Notes under the pieces: generated by a model
The model's input: the letters and a program-made list of their open reading frames with translations, nothing else
The model's database searches: none
What the model was told of the DNA's origin: nothing
Source: a virus
Lineage: Duplodnaviria; Heunggongvirae; Uroviricota; Caudoviricetes
IMG/VR virus record: IMGVR_UViG_2563366825_000022
Location: 1 to 14,028 of that record
Direction: 5' to 3' (one strand)
DNA length: 14,028 bases
Shown: piece by piece, positions 1 to 7,208 of the stretch
How the letters are laid out: the number at the start of each line of letters is the position of its first letter
How positions within the stretch are numbered: position 1 is the first letter of the stretch
Made by a program: the position numbers and the translations under genes

Positions 1-1131
1 TCAAATGACCAGTTTTTTCCACTCTTTACCGCGTACATCGTTGTAAATATCGGTCATTTTTTGATTCGAATGACCCAGCAAAATTTGGGTATCAATTCCC
101 TGCTCCCTGAACAATCGCTCTGATAAAGATCTCTGCTCATGGAAAGAGGGTGGAGTGCCATTAGCGCGCCAGTTGTAATCCACAGAATCCCGGGCTTTTT
201 TAAATGCAACTGTCAACGTTGCTGGCTTAACCATCCCGCCGCGCTTAGCTGTCCCTTTAGCATGATGGTGGTGCAATAACCACGGACTAAGAACGCAATC
301 GCGACAGGATGACACTACATCATCCAGGGTGAGATTTAATTTATCGCAACGCAGAGCCAGAGGGATGGCAATCCGGGTTCCTGTTTTTTGCTGTTCGACA
401 TGAAGATAACCATCCCTGATATCCGAAAATTTCATTTTGCAAATATCTGAAAGGCGCTGGCCTGTCATCAGCGCTAGCAGCATACCACGCTGTAAAAAGT
501 AACCATCCTTTTCCGCTGCATTATAAATCATCATCCACTCATCAAAGGTCAGTCGTTGCCGTGATATCCGTACCTGTGGTTTTTTTGCCGATTCTGCAGG
601 GTTAAAGCCTGGCGAGACATCGCCCGTTTGCTGGGCCTCCCGGAAAACATCAATCAGTACTTTCCTGAAAATTTGTCCCATTCTGTTATGTCCTTTTGCC
701 TTGTAATCTTCCAGCACCGATACCACATCTTTTACGGTTATGGCATCTAATGGTCTGGTACCAAAACGTTCATCAAATACCCTGAGAGGGGATGCTTTCT
801 GTTTCAGTGTGTTGAGTTTGATCTCTCCGTTTTCATATCTTTCCTGTTGAATTTTTCGGTAACTATTCAGAAAAACAGAAACGGTTGATGAACCACCGGT
901 ATCACGAATAATTTTCTCCTGCAGAGTGAGCATTTGTTCCATTTGTTGCCTGGCAAGACGGCTGTTCGCTTCTGCTGCAATAGCTTCTGCCTGTTTCTGG
1001 TCAATACTGCCGAGCCCGTGATTTTTTCCTGTTATGGGATGCCTGTAACGCCAGTAAACTTTGTTATTTCTTTTGTCAAAATACGGAGATAATCCCGGAA
1101 CTTCAGTTTTATATTTTCGTGGGCGCGCCAT
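1..1131 (-). CDS. int: Phage tyrosine integrase (site-specific recombinase), 376 aa, complete
   Basis: Complete minus-strand ORF whose stop codon sits at 1-3. Length and C-terminal region (…LLGHSNQKMTDIYNDVRGKEW) fit lambda-type integrases with a catalytic Tyr near the C-terminus. Its start overlaps the excisionase ORF by 23 nt, as in int-xis modules. Confidence 0.9.
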   Translation of the reverse strand: MARPRKYKTEVPGLSPYFDKRNNKVYWRYRHPITGKNHGLGSIDQKQAEAIAAEANSRLARQQMEQMLTLQEKIIRDTGGSSTVSVFLNSYRKIQQERYENGEIKLNTLKQKASPLRVFDERFGTRPLDAITVKDVVSVLEDYKAKGHNRMGQIFRKVLIDVFREAQQTGDVSPGFNPAESAKKPQVRISRQRLTFDEWMMIYNAAEKDGYFLQRGMLLALMTGQRLSDICKMKFSDIRDGYLHVEQQKTGTRIAIPLALRCDKLNLTLDDVVSSCRDCVLSPWLLHHHHAKGTAKRGGMVKPATLTVAFKKARDSVDYNWRANGTPPSFHEQRSLSERLFREQGIDTQILLGHSNQKMTDIYNDVRGKEWKKLVI

Positions 1132-1357
1132 CTTCCAGTATCCTCTTCAAAGCAGGGGGATCTGTGGCGATCACTTCCGGCTTGTTTACCATTCCGACAA
1201 AGCGAGCTCGAGGATCCACTCGCCAGTGTCTTCCAACTTTTTTGGGGAGAGGAAATATCATTCCGGCTTTAGCGTATTTACTTAACGTGCCCGGAGTAGG
1301 GACCGGTTCACTGAATTCCTCTTTTGCCCACTCAGTGAGCAGAATAAGTCTTGCCAT
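1109..1357 (-). CDS. xis: Excisionase-like small DNA-binding protein (Xis), 82 aa
   Basis: Small basic ORF immediately upstream of int and overlapping it. The motif W..(7)..P…G.IFPLPKKVGRHWRV resembles the lambda Xis winged-helix signature. Confidence 0.65.
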   Translation of the reverse strand: MARLILLTEWAKEEFSEPVPTPGTLSKYAKAGMIFPLPKKVGRHWRVDPRARFVGMVNKPEVIATDPPALKRILEDGAPTKI

Positions 1358-1421
1358 GAGCGTTGTTCGCTAATCATGGCCGCCGCCATTATAGCTTGCG
1401 GACGACGACCGGGGTTGAACA

Positions 1422-3893
1422 TTAAAAATCAGCCTGACTCGGGATCAGTTTTTGCCAGATTGCTGAAACTTGTTTTGCCTGGTGACGGGCATCGTCCAGC
1501 GCATTGTGGGGTACGCCTTCGAATGGAATAGCCATTCTGACATCAAAGCCAATGGCATTACCCAGTTCAACGATTGTGCGTACATCGCGATCGTTGTAGT
1601 AAAGCCACGGGTAGGGGATCCCCTGCCGTTCATATGAACGGCGTAAAATTACGTTGTCGAAGTTGGCTCCATTTCCCCATATCTGAACAAAAAATTCACC
1701 GGAGTTTTCGTCGATAAATTCCCGCAATTGTAACAGTGCATCATCTAACGGGATTTCATCGGTCATAATGGCAGACTGCGCTTCACGTGATTGCTTCAGC
1801 CACCTTTTAATGACGTCACGATCAATGACTCCGCCAGCAGTTTCCAGATCGATAGTCTTACTAAATTCCGGTCCCATACCTCCGGTTTGCGGATCGAAAA
1901 ATATTGCACCTATTGAGATAATCGGGGCATCAGGATTTTTTCCCATGGTTTCAAGGCCTATCATTAGATGGTCACACGTCCTGCTGGTGGATGTGATTTC
2001 GTGATGACCGTTCACCTTAATTGAGTGATCTGCCGTCTCGCCAGTTTCATTATCGCTATCGTGATGCTGATTGCCGCCAGCATTCTCCTTGTGTGGATGT
2101 TCAGCGCCTTCCATTTTCTCCGGATCATCTTCCTGAACTTCAACCTGATACTCTTCATCGAATGTTTCCTGGTATGTTGCGTCGCCCATCACCGCGCCAC
2201 AATCAGGGCAGTTGCCGCCGCCGGTCTGACCGCAGGCGGTGCAGACTTTTTCCACTTCCTGTTGCGCCACTGGTTCAGGCTGTTTCGTTTCTGGCTCGTT
2301 TTGTAACGCATTTGGGCTGTTTTGTTCCGCTTTTTGGTAGTTCCGTTCCGATTCATGCTGGTTCTGGTTTACAGAATCGCGGGTCTGGATCCCCTTAACC
2401 CATTTCGGATCATTCGGGGCGCTAATCCCTTCAACAAATTCACCACGTGATACTGCAAGCAGTTCATCGGCGTCAGGCTGGCTGATATTGGCTGCCTGCA
2501 TAATTTTGTTTACTTCGTCAGCGGTAACTTTTACCGGCTCTGGTTGTGCGGTCGTGTCAGATGCACCAGTATTTTGTTGTGAACCTGAGTATGTACTGTT
2601 TTTGCGGGCGAAATATTCTTCTTTCGTGATTTCAGTAGCCCCGGCAGCCAGCGCCTTATCCAGACCAGAAAGTTTGTTTGCGCGACCGTATTTTTCGCCA
2701 TCCTTGTCGGTGAAGAGGAAGTAGAACGGCCCCTCACGCTCTACAGATGGTTCGACTTCCACTTTGCATTCGGTTTTTTCGTTGTCCGGAATTGCCGTTT
2801 CCACTGCATCAGTTTCTGGTACTGGCGACGAGAGAGTATCAGTTGCGCTCTGATTTGTTCCTTCATCTTCAAACACGCCCTTTGTAGTCAGGTATTCAGT
2901 AATGTATTTGTTCAGTGCCACAGGGTCTTTGTGAATGTCGATCGGACGTTCACGGACAAGGCCAAAAATAGTCTGGCGGTCGTAGCGAAGGGCATCAGGC
3001 TGTTTGCGCATTGATGCCGAGATACGCTTCCAGTCTTCGCGGTCGTTGTCGATAACTTCATTTTTTGCCCAGCGATGGATGCTGCCGTCAATGTTTCCGG
3101 CATCCACATCACCAGGCCAGAGAGCGTAGGCCAGTTCGTCATCCAGTGTTTTCCATGTCTGCTTGTATTCGCGATGAATGGTAGCAATGACCGGGCTGAT
3201 TTTTCCTGTTGAATTTTCAGTGTGCTGTTGATTGGTTCTGGCGCGGGCGAGATCAACAACAGACGTGTATTTTCCGGTTTCCTTGCGTTCACCTTCGCGA
3301 CGTTTTTTCCAGATGCGCATCTCTGCCTGAATTTCGGGCCATTTGGCACCAGGCTTACATTTATGCTTAACCCACCCGATGGCATGCAGCTTAAGCTCCG
3401 GATACATGGCGTTAACTTCTGGCATTTTCATCAACGCTTCAACGATATGTCCGTCGAATGTTGCCATGTCTTCCTGCAACAATTCCTGTGCGCTAATAAC
3501 CATATCAACGGTGATGTTTTCACATGTGTCGAACTTAACCATGACAGCGTTCTGTACTTCAGGGGCCAGCTTGTCAAAAGTGACGTTCATCGGATCTGAT
3601 TCAGTCTCAACCGGGACAAAGGAAGCAGACTCCTCATCCCAGCGGTTTTCCTGCATATATTCAGCATCCCAGGAATCGAGGGCAGGGCGGGGTATGCCGG
3701 GTTTATCCTCACAGACAATAAATTTATAAGCGCAGTCCTGAGCTGCAGGGAATTGCTCCAGAAATTGCCAATGAAATTTTGCGCGTGCGCGACGCTCATC
3801 ACCGGCTTCAATGGCAGTGGCCACCGCAACAGCGCTATCTTCTTTTATGGCCTGTTCATCAGGAATAGCAGCGCAAATAAAGACCTTACTCAT
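1422..3893 (-). CDS. RecE/YdfE-family prophage exonuclease, 823 aa, with a central zinc ribbon and a C-terminal DnaQ-like (DEDDh) 3'-5' exonuclease domain
   Basis: Long ORF with SD-like GAGGT upstream of ATG 3893. N-terminus MSKVFICAAIPDE… matches what I recall of YdfE/RecE N-terminal regions. It has an acidic linker and CTACGQTGGGNCPDCG (CxxC…CxxC). C-terminus carries Exo II-like GNGANFDNVIL and Exo III-like HNALDDARH motifs. Confidence 0.8.
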   Translation of the reverse strand: MSKVFICAAIPDEQAIKEDSAVAVATAIEAGDERRARAKFHWQFLEQFPAAQDCAYKFIVCEDKPGIPRPALDSWDAEYMQENRWDEESASFVPVETESDPMNVTFDKLAPEVQNAVMVKFDTCENITVDMVISAQELLQEDMATFDGHIVEALMKMPEVNAMYPELKLHAIGWVKHKCKPGAKWPEIQAEMRIWKKRREGERKETGKYTSVVDLARARTNQQHTENSTGKISPVIATIHREYKQTWKTLDDELAYALWPGDVDAGNIDGSIHRWAKNEVIDNDREDWKRISASMRKQPDALRYDRQTIFGLVRERPIDIHKDPVALNKYITEYLTTKGVFEDEGTNQSATDTLSSPVPETDAVETAIPDNEKTECKVEVEPSVEREGPFYFLFTDKDGEKYGRANKLSGLDKALAAGATEITKEEYFARKNSTYSGSQQNTGASDTTAQPEPVKVTADEVNKIMQAANISQPDADELLAVSRGEFVEGISAPNDPKWVKGIQTRDSVNQNQHESERNYQKAEQNSPNALQNEPETKQPEPVAQQEVEKVCTACGQTGGGNCPDCGAVMGDATYQETFDEEYQVEVQEDDPEKMEGAEHPHKENAGGNQHHDSDNETGETADHSIKVNGHHEITSTSRTCDHLMIGLETMGKNPDAPIISIGAIFFDPQTGGMGPEFSKTIDLETAGGVIDRDVIKRWLKQSREAQSAIMTDEIPLDDALLQLREFIDENSGEFFVQIWGNGANFDNVILRRSYERQGIPYPWLYYNDRDVRTIVELGNAIGFDVRMAIPFEGVPHNALDDARHQAKQVSAIWQKLIPSQADF

Positions 3894-3988
3894 TTTGTTT
3901 TAACCTCATTACAGATTTCAGGGTGAACGAATCCCTGCCATTGCTGGCATTTTTAATCCGTTGGTATGGTGTTAATATGGCTGGAGGG

Positions 3989-4177
3989 TTATCCAGCCGG
4001 TGTTTCGTTATTCAGGTACAGCGATACTTTTTTTACCGGGAGGCATTCACCAGAAATTTTTTGCTCGTCTCTTGCCTGGAGGCAGGATTCTTTACTGGCA
4101 TAAATTCCGGTAATCACATTCTGTGATTCACCCGTTATAAGAAAAACCGTCATCATCAGTGCAAATGCTGAAGTCAT
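3989..4177 (-). CDS. ydfD: Small membrane protein, YdfD-like (lysis-associated protein of the dicB operon), 62 aa
   Basis: Hydrophobic N-terminus (MTSAFALMMTVFLITG) and two Cys. Start is translationally coupled to the upstream ORF by an ATGA overlap at 4174-4177. Position directly downstream of dicB and size match Qin ydfD; the symbol is assigned by synteny only. Confidence 0.55.
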   Translation of the reverse strand: MTSAFALMMTVFLITGESQNVITGIYASKESCLQARDEQKISGECLPVKKVSLYLNNETPAG

Positions 4178-4362
4178 TGACGTTCTCCGAAAATACCAAG
4201 TTCAAGAAGAGCAATTCGGGAAAGTATGGAATTATCATTGAGCAGATAAGGCTCATATTTCCTCATATTAATGGCATCTTCAGTAAACTCCCGGTTACTG
4301 AGCAGAACACCAATATCAAAACAACCTTCAGACGTATTAACGTTTGGTAATAACGTTTCCAT
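4174..4362 (-). CDS. dicB: Cell-division inhibitor DicB, 62 aa (the ORF track extends to a GTG at 4467, which has no SD)
   Basis: Internal ATG at 4362..4360 is preceded by GAGGA with a 7-nt spacer. Product METLLPNVNTSEGCF… is 62 aa, matching DicB as I recall it. It lies immediately downstream of DicF, as in Qin. Confidence 0.7.
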   Translation of the reverse strand: METLLPNVNTSEGCFDIGVLLSNREFTEDAINMRKYEPYLLNDNSILSRIALLELGIFGERQ

Positions 4363-4536
4363 TATCGCGTCCTCAACAATGAATTTTGTGATGCAGTGCC
4401 TGGTGCCTCCAGGTGACGTTAACCAGTTAACAATTAACGCCGGATACAGAGAATCCACCCATAACACTGTTTTTGGTTTTAACTGTTCCGCGTGCGCTTA
4501 GCCGCATTCACCGCATCACAAAATTCACTTTAAAAA

Positions 4537-4589
4537 GGGCGGCAGAGCAGTCACGGAGTAAAACTGATACCGCCAAACGTCACCAGAAA
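4537..4589 (-). ncRNA. dicF: DicF small regulatory RNA (Hfq-dependent sRNA targeting ftsZ and other mRNAs), with an intrinsic terminator tail
   Basis: Minus-strand sequence UUUCUGGUGACGUUUGGCGGUAUCAGUUUUACUCCGUGACUGCUCUGCCGCCC followed by UUUUU matches the DicF sequence from memory. It ends in a GC-rich hairpin plus U-run and lies between the ydfC-like ORF and dicB. Confidence 0.8.
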
Positions 4590-4930
4590 ATTGATAACAG
4601 AGGGCGTTGCAGCGGGGTTGTCACTTAAGCGTATGGTCAACCTGACAACCCGGTGTCCTCAACGGGGGAAGAAATAACCCCGCCATACTTACCGCCGCAC
4701 CATTTCGCGGGTTGCCACAACCGGAAGCGCACGGTCGACGAAAATTTAACGACAGGCTATCTATGAACCAGCTACCTCGCCGTGCGCTTTCGCGTTATGG
4801 TCTGACTTTTCAGGGAAATATCCTTTCAGTAAACTGTCAGTGCCGGATGCTCACCCGCGTCCGGCGCACGCACTCCACCTCACCCGTGGAGAACTACTTA
4901 ATTACCAACCTTAGCTTCGTTGGTTAGCTA

Positions 4931-5149
4931 TTAACGCGGGTATGTAATCATTCTGGCAATGCTTAATGCCGCTGCTTTTTCCAGCCTGGTGATATCCTGC
5001 TCCAGAGCGGACAGATTTTCAGCCTGCTTAGCCCTGGCTTCATTGGCCCATTTCAAATCCTGCGCTGCATTAATTTTCTGGCGCATCCACTCATAAAGTT
5101 CATTATCGGTATAGTCTGGAGCGATGATGACGGGTTCTCGTTTCTGCAT
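4931..5149 (-). CDS. ydfC: Small hypothetical protein, YdfC-like by position and size, 72 aa
   Basis: Complete ORF in the minus-strand early-left operon, between the YdfB-like ORF and DicF. Assigned by synteny and length only. Confidence 0.5.
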   Translation of the reverse strand: MQKREPVIIAPDYTDNELYEWMRQKINAAQDLKWANEARAKQAENLSALEQDITRLEKAAALSIARMITYPR

Positions 5150-5178
5150 ACTGATTCCTCGCGGTGCTGTTTCGCTTA

Positions 5179-5307
5179 TCAGCCGTTAGATTTTGCCGAA
5201 CTGAAAAGCACCTGTTTAAATTCGTTGAAGCTGTGAGCTTCTTCGCCTTCGGCAAGGCCTTCGAAGTATTCTTCGTAAGCCTTTTCCATGATTGTGTCAA
5301 AATCCAT
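5179..5307 (-). CDS. ydfB: Small acidic protein, YdfB-like by position and size, 42 aa (below the ORF-track cutoff)
   Basis: Hand-translated minus-strand ORF MDFDTIMEKAYEEYFEGLAEGEEAHSFNEFKQVLFSSAKSNG. Its ATG at 5307..5305 sits 1 nt after the stop of the upstream ORF, with AGGTGA upstream. Stop TGA at 5181..5179. Confidence 0.45.
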   Translation of the reverse strand: MDFDTIMEKAYEEYFEGLAEGEEAHSFNEFKQVLFSSAKSNG

Positions 5308-5308
5308 A

Positions 5309-5464
5309 TCACTCACCTGAGTTTCTTTCCAGCCAGCGACGGGCACCATTTTCGGTTTTAAACGTTTTGCTTTTGGTATACGTCATCGCGGTGAACGTAC
5401 CGTCCTGGTTGGGGAACACGCCACATACCAGAGATTCGCTGTTGCCAAGATCGATAGTATCCAT
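5309..5464 (-). CDS. ydfA: Small hypothetical protein, YdfA-like, 51 aa from the internal ATG (the ORF track's alternative start at 5545 gives 78 aa)
   Basis: First ORF downstream of the leftward early promoter. ATG at 5464 has GAGG with a 5-nt spacer; ATG at 5545 has GAGG with a 9-nt spacer. The 51-aa form matches YdfA in size. Confidence 0.5.
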   Translation of the reverse strand: MDTIDLGNSESLVCGVFPNQDGTFTAMTYTKSKTFKTENGARRWLERNSGE

Positions 5465-5643
5465 GCTGACCTCATTTCCCCTTAACGCCGGGGTAGCGGA
5501 ACAAAAACCTGCTGCATAGTTATTAAAGTTGAACCCTGCCGTCATGTTCTTACGCCTCGGGCTGGCTACTTAACCCCTGACCACTGCCTGGTAACTCGAA
5601 GTATTGCCCTGCATTCTGTGGGGTGGGGAGAGGGAATGAATGA

Positions 5644-5691
5644 AGTTTAGAAAAATGAACTTTTCAGGTCAATGTTTTTTTATCAAAACAT
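5644..5691 (-). promoter_or_regulatory. Putative leftward early promoter (pL-like) with overlapping operator palindrome (oL-like)
   Basis: On the minus strand, TTGACC, a 17-nt spacer, then TAAACT. Perfect inverted repeat AATGTTTT-N5-AAAACATT at 5671-5691 overlaps the -35 and shares the ATGTTTT half-site with the palindrome at the cI start. Confidence 0.4.
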
Positions 5692-5756
5692 TTTAAGCAG
5701 GCAGCTGTTAAGCCATCACCACGATGGCATACAGTTAATCAAATAGATGAGGTCGG

Positions 5757-6395
5757 TTAAATATCTTGTTGAATTTTAAAGCATACGCCCAATATGCAAG
5801 ATAGATCATCCAGCATAATTGAAGGGTAGCGAGGATTCGTGGGGACTAAAAGAATATCCGGCCCTTCTATCTCCAGTTTACGAATGACAGGTGTTGTGGT
5901 CCCTTTGGGTAAGGCAAGGACAATATTTCCTGGTTGTACGGTTCGATCGGGATCAACAAAAACTGTTGAACCATTTGGGATGGAAACTCCCCCACCAGAT
6001 GTTGACATACTGTCACTCTCTAGAACAACTGCAAAGGTATTGGCCGGGATTTCTCCGACAAGCTGCACACAAGAGGTTATTGAGGAATTTTTCATATAAT
6101 CACTCCAGCTTGCTGCCTGCTGAAGTGATAGTAGCGGAACCGTTTTTATCAGCGGTAAAGATAGATCAAGCGAATCACCTGTATTTAACTCTCCTCCATT
6201 AAGAAGCCAATTTTCGTTTACTTTCAATATTTTTGCCAGTGAACTTATGTAACGCGAGGACGGCGCTCCTCCACCGTTCATCCATTGACTTACGGAGCCT
6301 TTTGATGCGCCAGTGGCATTGACAAGGTCTTTGCCTTTCAGGTTTAGCGCATGCATACGTTGGGTTATGCGTTCAGATATTGTTTGCTTGCTCAT
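5757..6395 (-). CDS. CI-type prophage repressor, 212 aa: N-terminal HTH plus C-terminal S24 (LexA-like) autopeptidase domain
   Basis: N-terminal HTH-like region (…GASKGSVSQWMNGG…) and C-terminal S24-like segment with a Ser (ESDSM) and downstream Lys (IRKLE). Divergent from the cro-like gene. No SD before the ATG, consistent with a leaderless transcript. Confidence 0.85.
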   Translation of the reverse strand: MSKQTISERITQRMHALNLKGKDLVNATGASKGSVSQWMNGGGAPSSRYISSLAKILKVNENWLLNGGELNTGDSLDLSLPLIKTVPLLSLQQAASWSDYMKNSSITSCVQLVGEIPANTFAVVLESDSMSTSGGGVSIPNGSTVFVDPDRTVQPGNIVLALPKGTTTPVIRKLEIEGPDILLVPTNPRYPSIMLDDLSCILGVCFKIQQDI

Positions 6396-6458
6396 GTTTT
6401 GATTTTAAAACACAGATGGTTTTGTTTCTTGACTTTCTTTGGTTTTGATTATTAAACT
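6396..6458. promoter_or_regulatory. Immunity-region operator/promoter cluster (oR-like sites with divergent pR-like and pRM-like promoters)
   Basis: Palindrome GTTTT-N6-AAAAC at 6396-6411 abuts the cI ATG, with a related repeat GTTTTGATTATTAAAC at 6442-6457. Plus-strand TTGACT at 6430-6435 with TATTAA/ATTAAA downstream. Minus-strand TAAAAT lies 6 nt upstream of the cI ATG. Confidence 0.4.
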
Positions 6459-6486
6459 TTTGGCGTTCAGTTTTATGGAGCGACTC

Positions 6487-6729
6487 ATGAAAAAATCAGA
6501 AGTATTAGGCTATTTTGGCGGAGTTGTTAAAACAGCCGCAGCTCTAGGAACGTCAAAAACCACAGTCAGCATGTGGGGGGAAGAGGTTCCGTGGAAATGG
6601 GCGTTGCTAATTCAGGCAGTCACTGCCGGGGCGCTCAAATATGAGTTACACATACCGACGGTTGTCATTCCCGGTTCTGATCATAATCCGCCTTCTAACC
6701 AAGGGGGGATTCATGAAAATCAAGCATGA
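6487..6729 (+). CDS. Cro/YdaS-like small HTH regulator, 80 aa
   Basis: GGAG sits 6 nt upstream of ATG 6487. HTH-like segment VVKTAAALGTSKTTVSMW. Divergent from the repressor across the operator region. The ORF track's TTG start at 6439 has no SD. Confidence 0.75.
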   Translation: MKKSEVLGYFGGVVKTAAALGTSKTTVSMWGEEVPWKWALLIQAVTAGALKYELHIPTVVIPGSDHNPPSNQGGIHENQA

Positions 6730-7138
6730 ACACATCCGCATGGCGATGAATGCCTGGGCGCGTCCTGATGGCGAAAAAGTTCCGGCAGCTGGAATAACCC
6801 AGGCTTATTTTGAGTTGGGTATGACGTTTCCTGAACTGTACGACGACAGCCATCCGGAAGCCCTGGCTCGCAATACCCAGAAAATTTTCCGCTGGATAGA
6901 GAAAGACACCCCTGATGCAGTTGAAAAAATTCAGGCGTTGTTACCAGCTATCGAAAAAGCAATGCCACCTCTGCTGGTGGCCCGAATGCGCAGTCATAGC
7001 TCAGCCTATTTTCGGGAACTAGTGGAGACGCGGGAGCGACTGGTGAGAGACGCTGATGATTTTGTCGCAGTGGCAATCGCCGGTTTCAATCAGATGAACC
7101 GTGGTGGCCCGGCAGGAAATGCTGTGGCAGTGCATTGA
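6713..7138 (+). CDS. YdaT-like protein (proposed CII-type regulator, formerly annotated as a toxin), 141 aa
   Basis: SD AAGGGGGG precedes ATG 6713, which overlaps the cro-like stop by 17 nt. N-terminus MKIKHEHI… matches what I recall of YdaT. Sits in the cro-cII-O positional order. Confidence 0.6.
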   Translation: MKIKHEHIRMAMNAWARPDGEKVPAAGITQAYFELGMTFPELYDDSHPEALARNTQKIFRWIEKDTPDAVEKIQALLPAIEKAMPPLLVARMRSHSSAYFRELVETRERLVRDADDFVAVAIAGFNQMNRGGPAGNAVAVH

Positions 7139-7208
7139 GTGATAATAGCCATATCGAATCGCTTCCGGCAACTCGTGAGTAAAAGATTCGGTATCAGAAG
7201 AGGTGAGT

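Noticed and set aside
1061-1373. Plus-strand ORFs 1061..1285 and 1119..1373 (74 and 84 aa)
   Set aside because: Antisense to the int start and to xis, with no SD and a low-complexity Ser/Gly-rich composition. Treated as shadow ORFs.
1445-3829. Multiple ORFs of 60-157 aa in other frames and strands inside the exonuclease gene (for example 2021..2398, 2912..3385, 3343..3729)
   Set aside because: All are nested in or antisense to a long ORF with family-level motifs. None has a convincing start context.
4174-4467. Extended 97-aa form of DicB starting at GTG 4467
   Set aside because: No SD before the GTG, whereas the internal ATG at 4362 has GAGGA-N7 and yields a 62-aa product. The extension would also crowd the DicF terminator region.
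4271-4501. Plus-strand ORF of 76 aa overlapping dicB
   Set aside because: Antisense to DicB, Ser-rich, no SD.
4712-4927. Plus-strand ORF of 71 aa (54 aa from ATG 4763) in the ORF-poor stretch
   Set aside because: TTG start or poor SD, Arg-rich composition typical of out-of-frame GC-rich DNA, and opposite to operon direction. Kept only as a low-priority note in the findings.
4905-4930. tRNA-like D-arm resemblance (TAGCTTCGTTGGTTAGCTA)
   Set aside because: No acceptor stem, anticodon arm or T-loop (GTTCRA) in a consistent layout. It abuts the stop of the ydfC-like ORF and is probably a weak hairpin.
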